DNA from: Klebsormidium nitens
Lineage: Eukaryota; Plantae; Klebsormidiophyceae
Length of the DNA: 49,629 nt
Assembly (NCBI GenBank): GCA_000708835.1
Contig: DF237583.1
Span: 1 to 49,629, forward strand
Reading direction: 5' to 3'
The position numbers and the translations under genes were made by a program. Within the stretch, counting starts at the first letter, position 1. Every line of letters starts with the position of its first letter. The notes beneath the pieces were generated by a model. That model worked only from the letters and a program-made list of their open reading frames with translations. It searched no databases and was not told the origin of the DNA. Positions 38,919 through 48,213 of the stretch are shown here, piece after piece.

Positions 38919-39019
38919 GAGTCAAGCTTGATGTGAGCACCTAAAGAAAATCACGAGATTTAAACGCGCGAACGCGGAACGTCCAGTACTCAAGAGTCCA
39001 TCCTAGGCTACACAACCGC

Positions 39020-39850
39020 TCAAGCCTCTTCCTCACTGCCACTCTCTACCCCTGCAGCGGTCCCAGCATAGCTCTCGAGCGGCTCTGGGGCCCTGGTCCT
39101 GGACGGAGGGACGATCTGGCAGACGTTGTCATCATAGTCCTTGTGCTCCGACTTGAAGATCATCGCCTGCTTGAGCCTGAGGGTGGGCCCGAAGCCCTGC
39201 GGGGTGACAAAGACGTACGCCACCTCCAGCACGCAGATCACCTCGTCCCCCTTCTCCAGCACGTCCATGCCCGTCCTCACGTTGCCGTCGGCGTCCTTCA
39301 TGATGGCGGGCTGCCCGTCCGCCCCAAAGGCCTGGCATGCCCACTCCTTCTCCCTCCTGGCCTCGGTGGTGGGGAGGCCGTCCTCCCCAGTGACCGGGTA
39401 CTCGACCTCCTTGTCCCTCTTGAGCAGCTTGAGGTTGAGCCTGGGCGCCCACCTGGGGTCCTTGGACGGCTTGACGATCGCGCTGTACTTCTCGCGGATG
39501 GTCTCCTCGCTCAGGCTCTTGCCGTTGAACCAGTCGGGGCTGTTGGCCACCGCCGTCTTGATGATGAACTCGTCCAGCTCCTGCATCTTGTCGTAAAAGG
39601 CCTTGAGGTCCAGGTCGTTCTGGATGTTGAGGAAGGGCAGCCCCAGCGTGTAGGAGGGGCCCTGGCCGTTGCTGTCCTCCCACTCCTTGATGCCCCACTG
39701 GGCAATCATCCTCGGCGTCTGGAACACCAGGCTGCGGCCGGTGGGAGGGGCGTTGATGTAGGCCTGAAGCATGTTGGCGCGCTTGGACATCTTCCTTGGG
39801 ACGGTGACCAAGAGCGTGGAGGTGTTGATCTCGTCAAAGTTGGGCGCCAT
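39020..39850 (-). CDS. DUF2738-like (T7 gp2.5-fold) ssDNA-binding protein
   Basis: LVFQTPRM..QWGI, FYDKMQELDEFII, WFNGK, YSAIVK, FGPTLRLKQA; acidic C-terminus. Confidence 0.8.
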   Translation of the reverse strand: MAPNFDEINTSTLLVTVPRKMSKRANMLQAYINAPPTGRSLVFQTPRMIAQWGIKEWEDSNGQGPSYTLGLPFLNIQNDLDLKAFYDKMQELDEFIIKTAVANSPDWFNGKSLSEETIREKYSAIVKPSKDPRWAPRLNLKLLKRDKEVEYPVTGEDGLPTTEARREKEWACQAFGADGQPAIMKDADGNVRTGMDVLEKGDEVICVLEVAYVFVTPQGFGPTLRLKQAMIFKSEHKDYDDNVCQIVPPSRTRAPEPLESYAGTAAGVESGSEEEA

Positions 39851-40059
39851 CGTGCTTGCTTGGTTGCTGTCTGAGGCTGAGAGGCTTTCCTCAAGTGTGC
39901 GAAGCGAAGCGCTTGGAGGCAGCGAACTTGGAATGAGCTTCTGTGCGGCCCGAATTTTGCTTTATAGTCCCAGTTGGCTGGCAGGGGCTGGCAGGAGGTT
40001 GCCAGGCACCGCCACCGTTGTGGCACCTGGTGCCGTCCCCGCCAGCGCACGCCACCCGC

Positions 40060-40590
40060 CTACCCCCTTCTCAGGGTCTTAGGGCCAGACCGCCGGTCTT
40101 TGCAAGCCAGAACTATCACCTTTGCCCTCTTTCTGAAGCCCGTGCGCCCGTCGCAAGTGTGGTGGCCCTTCTCCTTGGCCGAATCGGAGCAGGTGTGCGC
40201 CCTGTACGTCTCGTAGCGGCTCCTGACCCTCTCAAAGGACGGCACCCGCGTCTTGCCCAGGCGCTCGTTGACCAGGTTGTGGAGCGCGTACAGCCATCTG
40301 GAAAGTGAGTCTCTGTTTCGCATGGTTGCAAGCCTCAGGGGGGCGCGCCCCTTTTGTGAGACAAACTTGTTGTACGAGGCTCTGCAGTACTTGCATGGAA
40401 GGACGTGTCCGAGAGCCCGGAAGAACTGCAGGTAATGGAGCCTCTGCAGGGACGTGGGCTCTGTTGGATAGCCAAAGGTGATTGAGTGGAGTGCGACCCA
40501 AAGGGGGGGTCCAAACACCCTGGATTGCATCCCGTTGTCGCTGCCGAATCGGCGGCTGCCGAATCGTCCGTGACCTCTGCCCTTGGCCAT
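40060..40590 (-). CDS. Erv1/Alr sulfhydryl oxidase
   Basis: FGPPLWVALH, LPCKYC, WLYALHNLVNERLGK. Confidence 0.92.
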   Translation of the reverse strand: MAKGRGHGRFGSRRFGSDNGMQSRVFGPPLWVALHSITFGYPTEPTSLQRLHYLQFFRALGHVLPCKYCRASYNKFVSQKGRAPLRLATMRNRDSLSRWLYALHNLVNERLGKTRVPSFERVRSRYETYRAHTCSDSAKEKGHHTCDGRTGFRKRAKVIVLACKDRRSGPKTLRRG

Positions 40591-40643
40591 CCTGCTCTTA
40601 CCTCACCTTATTTTTGCTGTTTGCAGCTTGGGATGATGGCAGC

Positions 40644-41006
40644 ATGTCTCTCATGGAGTCTGCGGTCGGTGTGACCTTTGGGAAGCGCCCGCTGTACGTG
40701 AGGAACCTGGTGCCAGGCCAACCCCTGCTGCTGGTCAGGGAACCGGACAACCCCCACGACCCAAACGCAATCGCAATCTACGACACCCTCGACAACCACC
40801 TGGGCTACCTTCCGAGTTGGCTCGCACGCACGCTCGCAGCGTTCTTGCCGCCGCAGGGGAGGCTTGCAGCCAGGGTGAAGAGCGTGGGGAGGAGTTCCAT
40901 CTGGGGCCCTTACGGGTTCTCTGTGGTGTTTGACTTGCCAGATGGAACGAAAGGCGCAGGCAATAATCCGGCTCGGAAGCGTCCATACTCCAGGATCAGC
41001 ACATGA
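40644..41006 (+). CDS. HIRAN domain protein
   Basis: VGVTF...LVREPDNPHDPNAIAIY....LGYLP. Confidence 0.85.
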   Translation: MSLMESAVGVTFGKRPLYVRNLVPGQPLLLVREPDNPHDPNAIAIYDTLDNHLGYLPSWLARTLAAFLPPQGRLAARVKSVGRSSIWGPYGFSVVFDLPDGTKGAGNNPARKRPYSRIST

Positions 41007-42785
41007 GAAGGCGCTCAGCGAGGCAGCCAGGCCAGAGGGTGCGGCGACTCGCCTCGGAGGCCTCCAGCTGTATCCACATCAGGCGGAGGACGTCATCTGC
41101 ATGGCTGCTGTTGAGAGGATGGGGCCCTGGCGCCCGTTCACTGCTGAGATGCTGACCAACGTGGGCATCCTGGCTGAGCCGGGGGGTTCTGGGAAGATGG
41201 TCACCATGATCGCTCACCTGGCGAGGGCGCCCCGCCCTGACCCAACGCACCCCTTTGTTGCTACCTACGACCTCGCCAAACGCGCCTCTGGGGGCCCAAG
41301 ATCCAGATATGCGGGAGCAACACGGTGCGCTTGGAGGAGCCAGAGGAGTACGTGCCCCCCGTGTTCTTCCCCCTCACCGTCGTGGTGGCCTCAGCAGCAA
41401 ACGTCTACTCCTGGACCGAGGCCTTGGTCACGCACGGGGGGCAGCGGGTGATCAAGGTTGCCTCACGTGCTGAGCTGAACAGCTTCGACGTCAAGCGGGA
41501 CAACCTGCCTGGGAGCTGCGACGTGGTGGTGATCAGCAGGACCTTTGTCCGGCAGCTGGCGACCAGGCTCCGCTTCATGCGGGTGTCCAGGCTGATCCTC
41601 GACGACGCGCTGGACATGGGGGGAGGCCGCTTCGACATCCGGTGCTGCTTCCTGTGGCTCATCGATCACCGCGTCAGCGACTTTCTCAGCCACTTCAGCT
41701 CCTTGCCGTCGTGCGTGAGGAGCGCCTTGGCCGGGCTTAGCCTCCCCTCCATTGAGGACCCGTCGCCCATCATCATCTCGCACTCGCAGCAGGAGGTGGA
41801 CGTCAGCCTCGGCCTCGAGCACCCCCTGCACTCCTTCTACCACATCTCCCGGGCGTACAGCTGCGAGGTTGCCCACCTGCCCCCCCTGAGCGCGGCAGAC
41901 TGTGCGGAGCAGCTGGTCGTGCGTCACCACATCCCGATCTGGAAGAAGGAGGTAGCAGCAGACATGGTGGAGCCCGGGGTGCGCGAGCGGCTCGAGGCGC
42001 AGCTCGAGTCTGACGAGGGCTGTATGGTGTGCCTGGAAGCATACACGGGGGGCGGCACCTGCCTCTTGACGTGCTGCACCCGGCTGCTTTGCTGCACGTG
42101 CGTGTGGAAGATCGTCCACACAAGCGGCACCTGCCCAAACTGCAGGGGGGCTATGGAGCACAAGGGTGCAGCGGTGGTCATGATCAGCGACTGCCTGGAC
42201 AACCCCCTCAACGTGACGCACTACTTTTGCTCTCAGATGGAGAGAAAGTTTGAAGCGCTCTCCTTCCTGCTGTCCCGGATCGGTCTCGGGGGCAGGGTTC
42301 TTATCTGGACCGGGTGCGCAGACCACTGGGACGAGCTCACAGGGATGGACTTCCAAGACTTGTTCGAGTATGAGCTCAACATGCAGCTTGTCACTTTCTC
42401 GGGCAGCGGCGTCCAGCAGAGGTCGAGGCTGATCGAGTATCAGGGCATTGGGGACACCGCAATCCCGGACCAGTTGATCCGACTCAGCACTGTCCTGGAC
42501 CCCCACCAGACCGCCCGTGGCCTGAACCTGGACGCAACGACGGACCTCATCTTCTACTCCTCTCCAACACAGGAGCAGTATGATTACGTCATGTCTAGGG
42601 TTGTGAATGCAAGGACGCCAGGCATTAGGAGACGCAGTGGCCGCCGGCTGAAGGTTCACATGATGGCGGAGAACAAGGCATACTTGCCGGCCATACGAAC
42701 ATCGCAGGAGGGCATAGGCAGTGGTAGGGGGGTGGACCCAGGAGCATATGAGCTTGCGATAGCGCAGGATTTGGTAACATTCTGA
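40942..42785 (+). pseudogene. SNF2-like helicase with inserted RING finger, frameshifted near G-run 41290-41294
   Basis: LYPHQ, GILAEPGGSGK; in the shifted frame RLILDDA, RING CMVCLE...LTCCTRLLCCTC...CPNCR, ARGLNL. Several motifs are degenerate. Confidence 0.75.
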
Positions 42786-42899
42786 GAACAATGTTGGCAT
42801 GTACATCTGTTGAACATGCACGCAAGGTTGACTCTCTGCAACACACTTTGAAGCTATGTCCGCAACCGATGGCATGCATGTCGAGAGCAAGAGGGGCTA

Positions 42900-43273
42900 N
42901 NNNNNNNNNNNNNNNNNNNNNNNNNNNNNNNNNNNNNNNNNNNNNNNNNNNNNNNNNNNNNNNNNNNNNNNNNNNNNNNNNNNNNNNNNNNNNNNNNNNN
43001 NNNNNNNNNNNNNNNNNNNNNNNNNNNNNNNNNNNNNNNNNNNNNNNNNNNNNNNNNNNNNNNNNNNNNNNNNNNNNNNNNNNNNNNNNNNNNNNNNNNN
43101 NNNNNNNNNNNNNNNNNNNNNNNNNNNNNNNNNNNNNNNNNNNNNNNNNNNNNNNNNNNNNNNNNNNNNNNNNNNNNNNNNNNNNNNNNNNNNNNNNNNN
43201 NNNNNNNNNNNNNNNNNNNNNNNNNNNNNNNNNNNNNNNNNNNNNNNNNNNNNNNNNNNNNNNNNNNNNNNNN
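42900..43273. other. Assembly gap
   Basis: Run of N. Confidence 1.
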
Positions 43274-43737
43274 NTAAACGCACTTGTCCCCTGATTAGGG
43301 TTTACTGAGGACCCCTCCTCTTTAGCCATGTTCTGTATGTCACGCAGCCGATCCTTTAATGCAGCTACCTCATCTTGCAATCGAGAGCAATCTTGCCTAG
43401 ACCTCCTTGCTGCTTCCTCGCTCTCCTTCAGTCTCTCTGCCAGTACCCTACAATCGTCTCCTCTGTCCTTCAGCGCCACCTTCAACCTTTCACAATGTCC
43501 ATCAAGTACGTATATCTGCAGCTCGGTGACTAAGAATGAAGGCCCCTCTGCCAAGTCAATGACAGTCTGGTGATCCCCTCCTTGGGGCTGCTGTGCCATA
43601 GGCAAGGAAAGGGGTTGCATAGCAGAGGGATGATGTCCTGCTTGAGGCTGCTGAGAAGGTGCCGGAGAGAGGGGGCATGGGACGCCCATGACAAGCGGTT
43701 TGGGAAGGATGTGAGCGAACCGGCCAAACCTGGACAT
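43274..43737 (-). other. Coiled-coil coding fragment running into the gap
   Basis: CERLKVALKDR...LQDEVAALKDRLRDIQ heptads; incomplete. Confidence 0.35.
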
Positions 43738-43886
43738 TTTGTCACGGCTTTCCGGGTGAAACGGGCCTCCGGGTGTGTTTCAGAGTCAAAAATCAGCATA
43801 TTCTGGACGTACCTCTCTGCTTGGTGGGTGGGCGCACGCGGCACTTGGGGCATATGTCTGCGGATCTTTCACGGATCTTGAACACC

Positions 43887-44216
43887 GGTTATCGACGGCT
43901 TACTCACTGGTAAATCTCGGTTATCGACGGCTGCCTGTCTGGACATTCTGGCAGTATGGTTGACCTGGGAGATCAACGGCGTACTTCCCAGTATCCGGCG
44001 GTGTTCAACGGCTGCGTGTCAGGGCAGGCTGACTGTTGCAGTTAAAGCGGGAGATCGACGGCTGCTTATCAGGACGTTTTTCGCAAAGGCCGAGTCACCG
44101 CGGCTCAACTAATGATGAGGTGTCATCAACGGCCCGCCTTTGAGCGATTTTTCGGGGATTCCACTAGGTCTGGTAACTTGTTTTCACGTGGAGTGTCCTT
44201 TGGTGTCATCGACGGT
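43887..44216 (+). repeat. Iteron-like array, 7 copies of TC(G/A)ACGG
   Basis: GGTTATCGACGGCT x2, GGGAGATC(A/G)ACGGC x2, GGTGTCATC(A/G)ACGG x2, TTCAACGGCT x1. Confidence 0.75.
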
Positions 44217-44335
44217 TACCTACCCTCGGCTTACCGGTTCTTTTGGTGACGGGCGGACAGGGTATGTTGCAGTCTCGGCTCGGCCTGCTTGAAAATGAGC
44301 CATTGTTCTGTGTCTGAACGGCTTTGAGAGAGGCA

Positions 44336-45613
44336 ATGGACCACCTGGACGAGCACACGAGGGCGTTGGTCAGCGCGGGGCGTTGGGTAGACACGGAAAC
44401 AAGGTGGGCACTGAACAAGTGGCTCACGTCGCTCTGGTCTGGAAACCCTGTGGATCAGTGCGATTTGAGTGTGGAGGAGTGCCGCATCTTGTTGGGTTTC
44501 GCCAATGCCTTCACTGTGAGGAGAGCCCTTGAGAAGAGCAGTGACGAGCACCTAAAGCAACATAAGCATCGTGGGTACAAGGAGCATGAGGGGGTCATGT
44601 TCGTTTCTGGGTCTCTGCTACTGAAGACCGCACTGAGAAGTGGGAAAGGGAAGGGTGCAGATTACAGGCTGGTTGCTGAGGGGATCCTGAGGGATTATGT
44701 GGCCCTAAGAGAAGGCAAGAGAAAGCAAAGGGATTGGGAGGATGAAAGGTCCGTGCGGAGGCTGCAGCAACCCTATCGGCAGCAGCAGCAGCAGCTTACA
44801 GCCGCTGGAACAGTGGCTCAGCACCAGCCCCAGGTGCAGATGGTGCCACAGATTGCACAGGGGCGGGGCATGCAGGCCAGCCAGCCAAGGTGCAACCAGG
44901 GCCTTATGCAGTCAGGGCAGCTGAACAGGCAGGGGCGGGGCATGCAGGCCGGCCAGCCAAGGTGCAACCAGGGCCTCATGCAGTCAGGGCAGCTGAACAG
45001 GCAGGGGCGGGGCATGCAGGCCGGCCAGCCAAGGTACAACCAGTGGCAAGCTGGGCAGGGGGGAGGGATGCAGGTTGGCCAGCGCTTCAATGGGCAGCTG
45101 GGGCTGGGGCCGGTGAATATCCAGCAGCAGGCGGGGGGCGTGCCCCTGGGAGGCGGGGAACAACCTGAGGTTCAGGCGGTTCTGCCTGGGCTTGAGGGTT
45201 GGGATCTGGAGGCTGAGTTGGAGGTGGGCGTGCAGTTTGCACAGGGGGGGGAGCAACCTGAGTTGGAGGGGGGCGTGCCGCGTACACAGCAGGGGGGTGA
45301 CCAACCTGAGCAGCCAACTCAACCGCACAACGTGCCCCTGGAACTTGATCCCAGACTGTCTGCTGAAGACCGTCGCAAGTGGTATCGCGAGCATGGTTTC
45401 ACCACTGAGGACGTGTGGAAGGGGTTGGTCCAGGCGTCAGACAAATTCGAAGAGGAACAACATGAGCGCGAGCAGGCCCTGCGTCAAGTCCGGCAGCTCA
45501 AGCTGCAGCAGGGTGTTGTGCCGACGCCCCCTCTGGAGCTTGGTCCATCTGTTACCGAGCTCTTCAACTGGTTCAAAGTGCAAGGGTACACCTATCAGGA
45601 TTCGCCAAGATGA
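44336..45613 (+). CDS. MSV199/AntA-like N-terminal domain protein with Gln/Gly-rich 24-aa repeats
   Basis: DLSVEECRILLGFANAFTVRRALEK...LLLKTALRSGKGKG; QGRGMQAGQPRCNQGLMQSGQLNR x~2.6 (72 bp, ~44858-45043). Confidence 0.5.
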   Translation: MDHLDEHTRALVSAGRWVDTETRWALNKWLTSLWSGNPVDQCDLSVEECRILLGFANAFTVRRALEKSSDEHLKQHKHRGYKEHEGVMFVSGSLLLKTALRSGKGKGADYRLVAEGILRDYVALREGKRKQRDWEDERSVRRLQQPYRQQQQQLTAAGTVAQHQPQVQMVPQIAQGRGMQASQPRCNQGLMQSGQLNRQGRGMQAGQPRCNQGLMQSGQLNRQGRGMQAGQPRYNQWQAGQGGGMQVGQRFNGQLGLGPVNIQQQAGGVPLGGGEQPEVQAVLPGLEGWDLEAELEVGVQFAQGGEQPELEGGVPRTQQGGDQPEQPTQPHNVPLELDPRLSAEDRRKWYREHGFTTEDVWKGLVQASDKFEEEQHEREQALRQVRQLKLQQGVVPTPPLELGPSVTELFNWFKVQGYTYQDSPR

Positions 45614-45723
45614 TGGAAGAGAATGAAGAAGTGGAGATGATCCTAACGTGTCGGAAAAATGAAAGGGTGAACAGTCAGTAGCAGCCTGTGGACCTTGAGA
45701 TAGATGCTTACTGGCTCCCAGAA

Positions 45724-46485
45724 CTACTTGTCTGACACGGTTAGTCTGCCATTGACTCTTCTAGGTATAGGTGGTTCTGCCGCCTCGCAAAACCCATACA
45801 GCTTGTCTTGTGGCTTGAGATTGCTGTCCATCAGAGAGGAACCTGATGCAATCTGTATTGTGATCCCCAAGCTGAGTGCCTTGCATATAAGGAATTCCAT
45901 GCATGGCCGGACTTCGAGGGCGTCCACCCCGTACATCTTGATCCTTGCCACTCCGTGCATCATGGCAAATGCAAATGCATATGCGCTGGATGATGTCAGA
46001 TATGGAACACCCACGGTGTTCAGTGCCTCCTCAAGCGGGTAGGTCACGCCCCCTGCATAGGGTGGTGGACTGTCGCTGCAGTACAAGGGGCCTGGGTGCT
46101 CTTGTAGCCAATACCATGTGGCAGCTCTTTTGCCAAGAGGCTTCATGGTGAATGCTCGGTCATGCGCGATAACGCCCCCCATCTCATCTATAGCCCACAC
46201 CTCATCCGCGATGCGGTGCGGCCCGCCTGCAGCCCCCGCCTCGGCCAAATAGTCCTTGCATGAGAACCCCACGTCCACAATAGCGATGGTCTTCCCTTGC
46301 AACGTTAAGGGGGCTTCATCAACTTGCTTCTCCTCGGTGTGCTCATCATCACTGGCCCCAGGGCAGCATGCTTTGTCGGCCTCAGGGTTGCATGATTTGT
46401 CGGCCTCCTCCGAGTCATCGAAGAAGCGCAGGATCTTCTCGGGGCTCTTTGCACACCTGGCAGACCTCGTTCGCTTTGGCACCAT
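45724..46485 (-). CDS. Phage-type hypothetical protein (possible glycosyltransferase-like fold)
   Basis: IAIV..G.S, DEVWAI, DRAF.M, YPLEE, SAYAFAFA, IKMYGVD, KLYGF. Confidence 0.5.
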   Translation of the reverse strand: MVPKRTRSARCAKSPEKILRFFDDSEEADKSCNPEADKACCPGASDDEHTEEKQVDEAPLTLQGKTIAIVDVGFSCKDYLAEAGAAGGPHRIADEVWAIDEMGGVIAHDRAFTMKPLGKRAATWYWLQEHPGPLYCSDSPPPYAGGVTYPLEEALNTVGVPYLTSSSAYAFAFAMMHGVARIKMYGVDALEVRPCMEFLICKALSLGITIQIASGSSLMDSNLKPQDKLYGFCEAAEPPIPRRVNGRLTVSDK

Positions 46486-46581
46486 GGTGAATTCTGGTCT
46501 TTGTGGCCTGTCGCAACCCCCTAAGTAGCTCGTCAGGATCTCGCGGTTTTTTTCTCACAAGGACTTAACAGCTGTGTCAGG

Positions 46582-48108
46582 ATGCCGCCGAATGCTGCTT
46601 CCTACTCTGGAGCCCTCGGTGCCTTGATCGTGAGAAAGGCAAAGCTCAACACGATCGCTAATGGGACTGACTCTGCGGGAAGCAACGCCGATCTCCAGCT
46701 GACATGCTCCAAGGATTTTTACATCAACGCGAGCACGGGCACAGGGTCGAACCTGACTCCAAACAATATAAATGTTATTGGCAATCTCTTGACGTCCACT
46801 GGCACGTTCGGGTCAGACTCCAACGCATCTGGTCTGACGTTGACCACAGCAGTTGGAGACATCAACTTCGCCCCTGCCGGAAAGGTCAATCTGACAGGTG
46901 AGATTGCACTGGCAAACGGGACCTTGACCGCTGCCGGTGACATGACTCTTGTCCCTACCAACGACTTGAAGCTGGACCCAGGATCTGGAAAGGTGGACAG
47001 CAGCGGTACGCTCTCATCAACAAATTCGACCGCAACGTTGACCGGTGACGGCGTGCCGACCAGAATCGTTTCCTCGACCGGGCAGGACATCCAGCTCCGC
47101 CCTGTATCTGGTCAAAGTGTTACCACGGACGCGCCAATCGTCACTTCCGACACCCATGTGACAGGAACGACTGCCCTAGTGCTCGGAGCGCAATCTGGCA
47201 ATGTGACTCTTGCTCCCACCTCAGGGAATGTAATTCTCACCCCTGGGGGCTCAAATGCTGTTATCAAGATGTCGAGCGATGTGTTGCTCAGTGCTCAGAA
47301 CGTTGTTGGGTCAAATGCTTCCGGGGTTTTGATCAACGCCGCTGCTGGTGACCTCGGGCTGACCAGTTCGGGCTCTATCATTGCAAACAGCCTCTTCAAG
47401 ACGAGCCAGGGCACCATCCAGTCGACTGCCAGCAACCTCGAGCTGAATACGTCCGGCCAGGGGGACATTCGGCTTTATCCTGGGGGATCCAACGCTAATG
47501 TCGCTATCGGTGCTGTTGGGGCGGGTACTTCGACCGTTCTTCAGGTCAACGGTGGAGCGATTACTGGAAGCAAATCGACAGTTCTTTCCACGACGTCAGG
47601 GGATCTGACGCTCACCTCAGCTGCAAACATTGTGGTCACTTCTCCTATCGTCACTTCCGCAGGAGCAATCACTGCTTCTGGCACAGATCTCACCCTTTCT
47701 GCGCCTAGTGGCCACAAAGTGGTGATTGATGGTGATTTAGATGTGACTGGGACTGTTACGCATGTGAATTCAACGGACCTGTTGGTCGAAGACAAAACAG
47801 TGACTTTGGCACACAGCGACTCTCCGGGTGCGTTGGCTACGGTAGATGGAGCAGGTATCGTTATTGACAACTCAGACACTGATGTAAGCCTGAGATTCAA
47901 CGATAATGCAGGAGTGCCGTTCTGGGCTCTGAACGGTGGTGACTTCCGCTTCCAGAAGACCTTCGTTTTCAACGGTACGACACGTATGGTGGGTTATGAG
48001 CTGAGTATTGACCCTGAGAGCGAAAATCTGGTATTCTCGAAGTATGCTGCCGACGGAACGACTCTCGGCGCTGCTTCACCAGTCAGCGTTTTCACCGTAG
48101 GACCTTAA
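46582..48108 (+). CDS. Thr/Ser/Gly-rich fibre-like virion protein
   Basis: Recurrent DLxLxxxxGxIxL units; VNSTDLLVEDKTVTL...DGAGI motif. Confidence 0.65.
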   Translation: MPPNAASYSGALGALIVRKAKLNTIANGTDSAGSNADLQLTCSKDFYINASTGTGSNLTPNNINVIGNLLTSTGTFGSDSNASGLTLTTAVGDINFAPAGKVNLTGEIALANGTLTAAGDMTLVPTNDLKLDPGSGKVDSSGTLSSTNSTATLTGDGVPTRIVSSTGQDIQLRPVSGQSVTTDAPIVTSDTHVTGTTALVLGAQSGNVTLAPTSGNVILTPGGSNAVIKMSSDVLLSAQNVVGSNASGVLINAAAGDLGLTSSGSIIANSLFKTSQGTIQSTASNLELNTSGQGDIRLYPGGSNANVAIGAVGAGTSTVLQVNGGAITGSKSTVLSTTSGDLTLTSAANIVVTSPIVTSAGAITASGTDLTLSAPSGHKVVIDGDLDVTGTVTHVNSTDLLVEDKTVTLAHSDSPGALATVDGAGIVIDNSDTDVSLRFNDNAGVPFWALNGGDFRFQKTFVFNGTTRMVGYELSIDPESENLVFSKYAADGTTLGAASPVSVFTVGP

Positions 48109-48213
48109 GGATTTGACTCTAGGCACAATTCACTTTGATCGCATAAGAGGCCGTAAACAGTCCTCGTTGCGGACTTAGGGACAACAATATGATGATAGAC
48201 AGACAACAATAGG

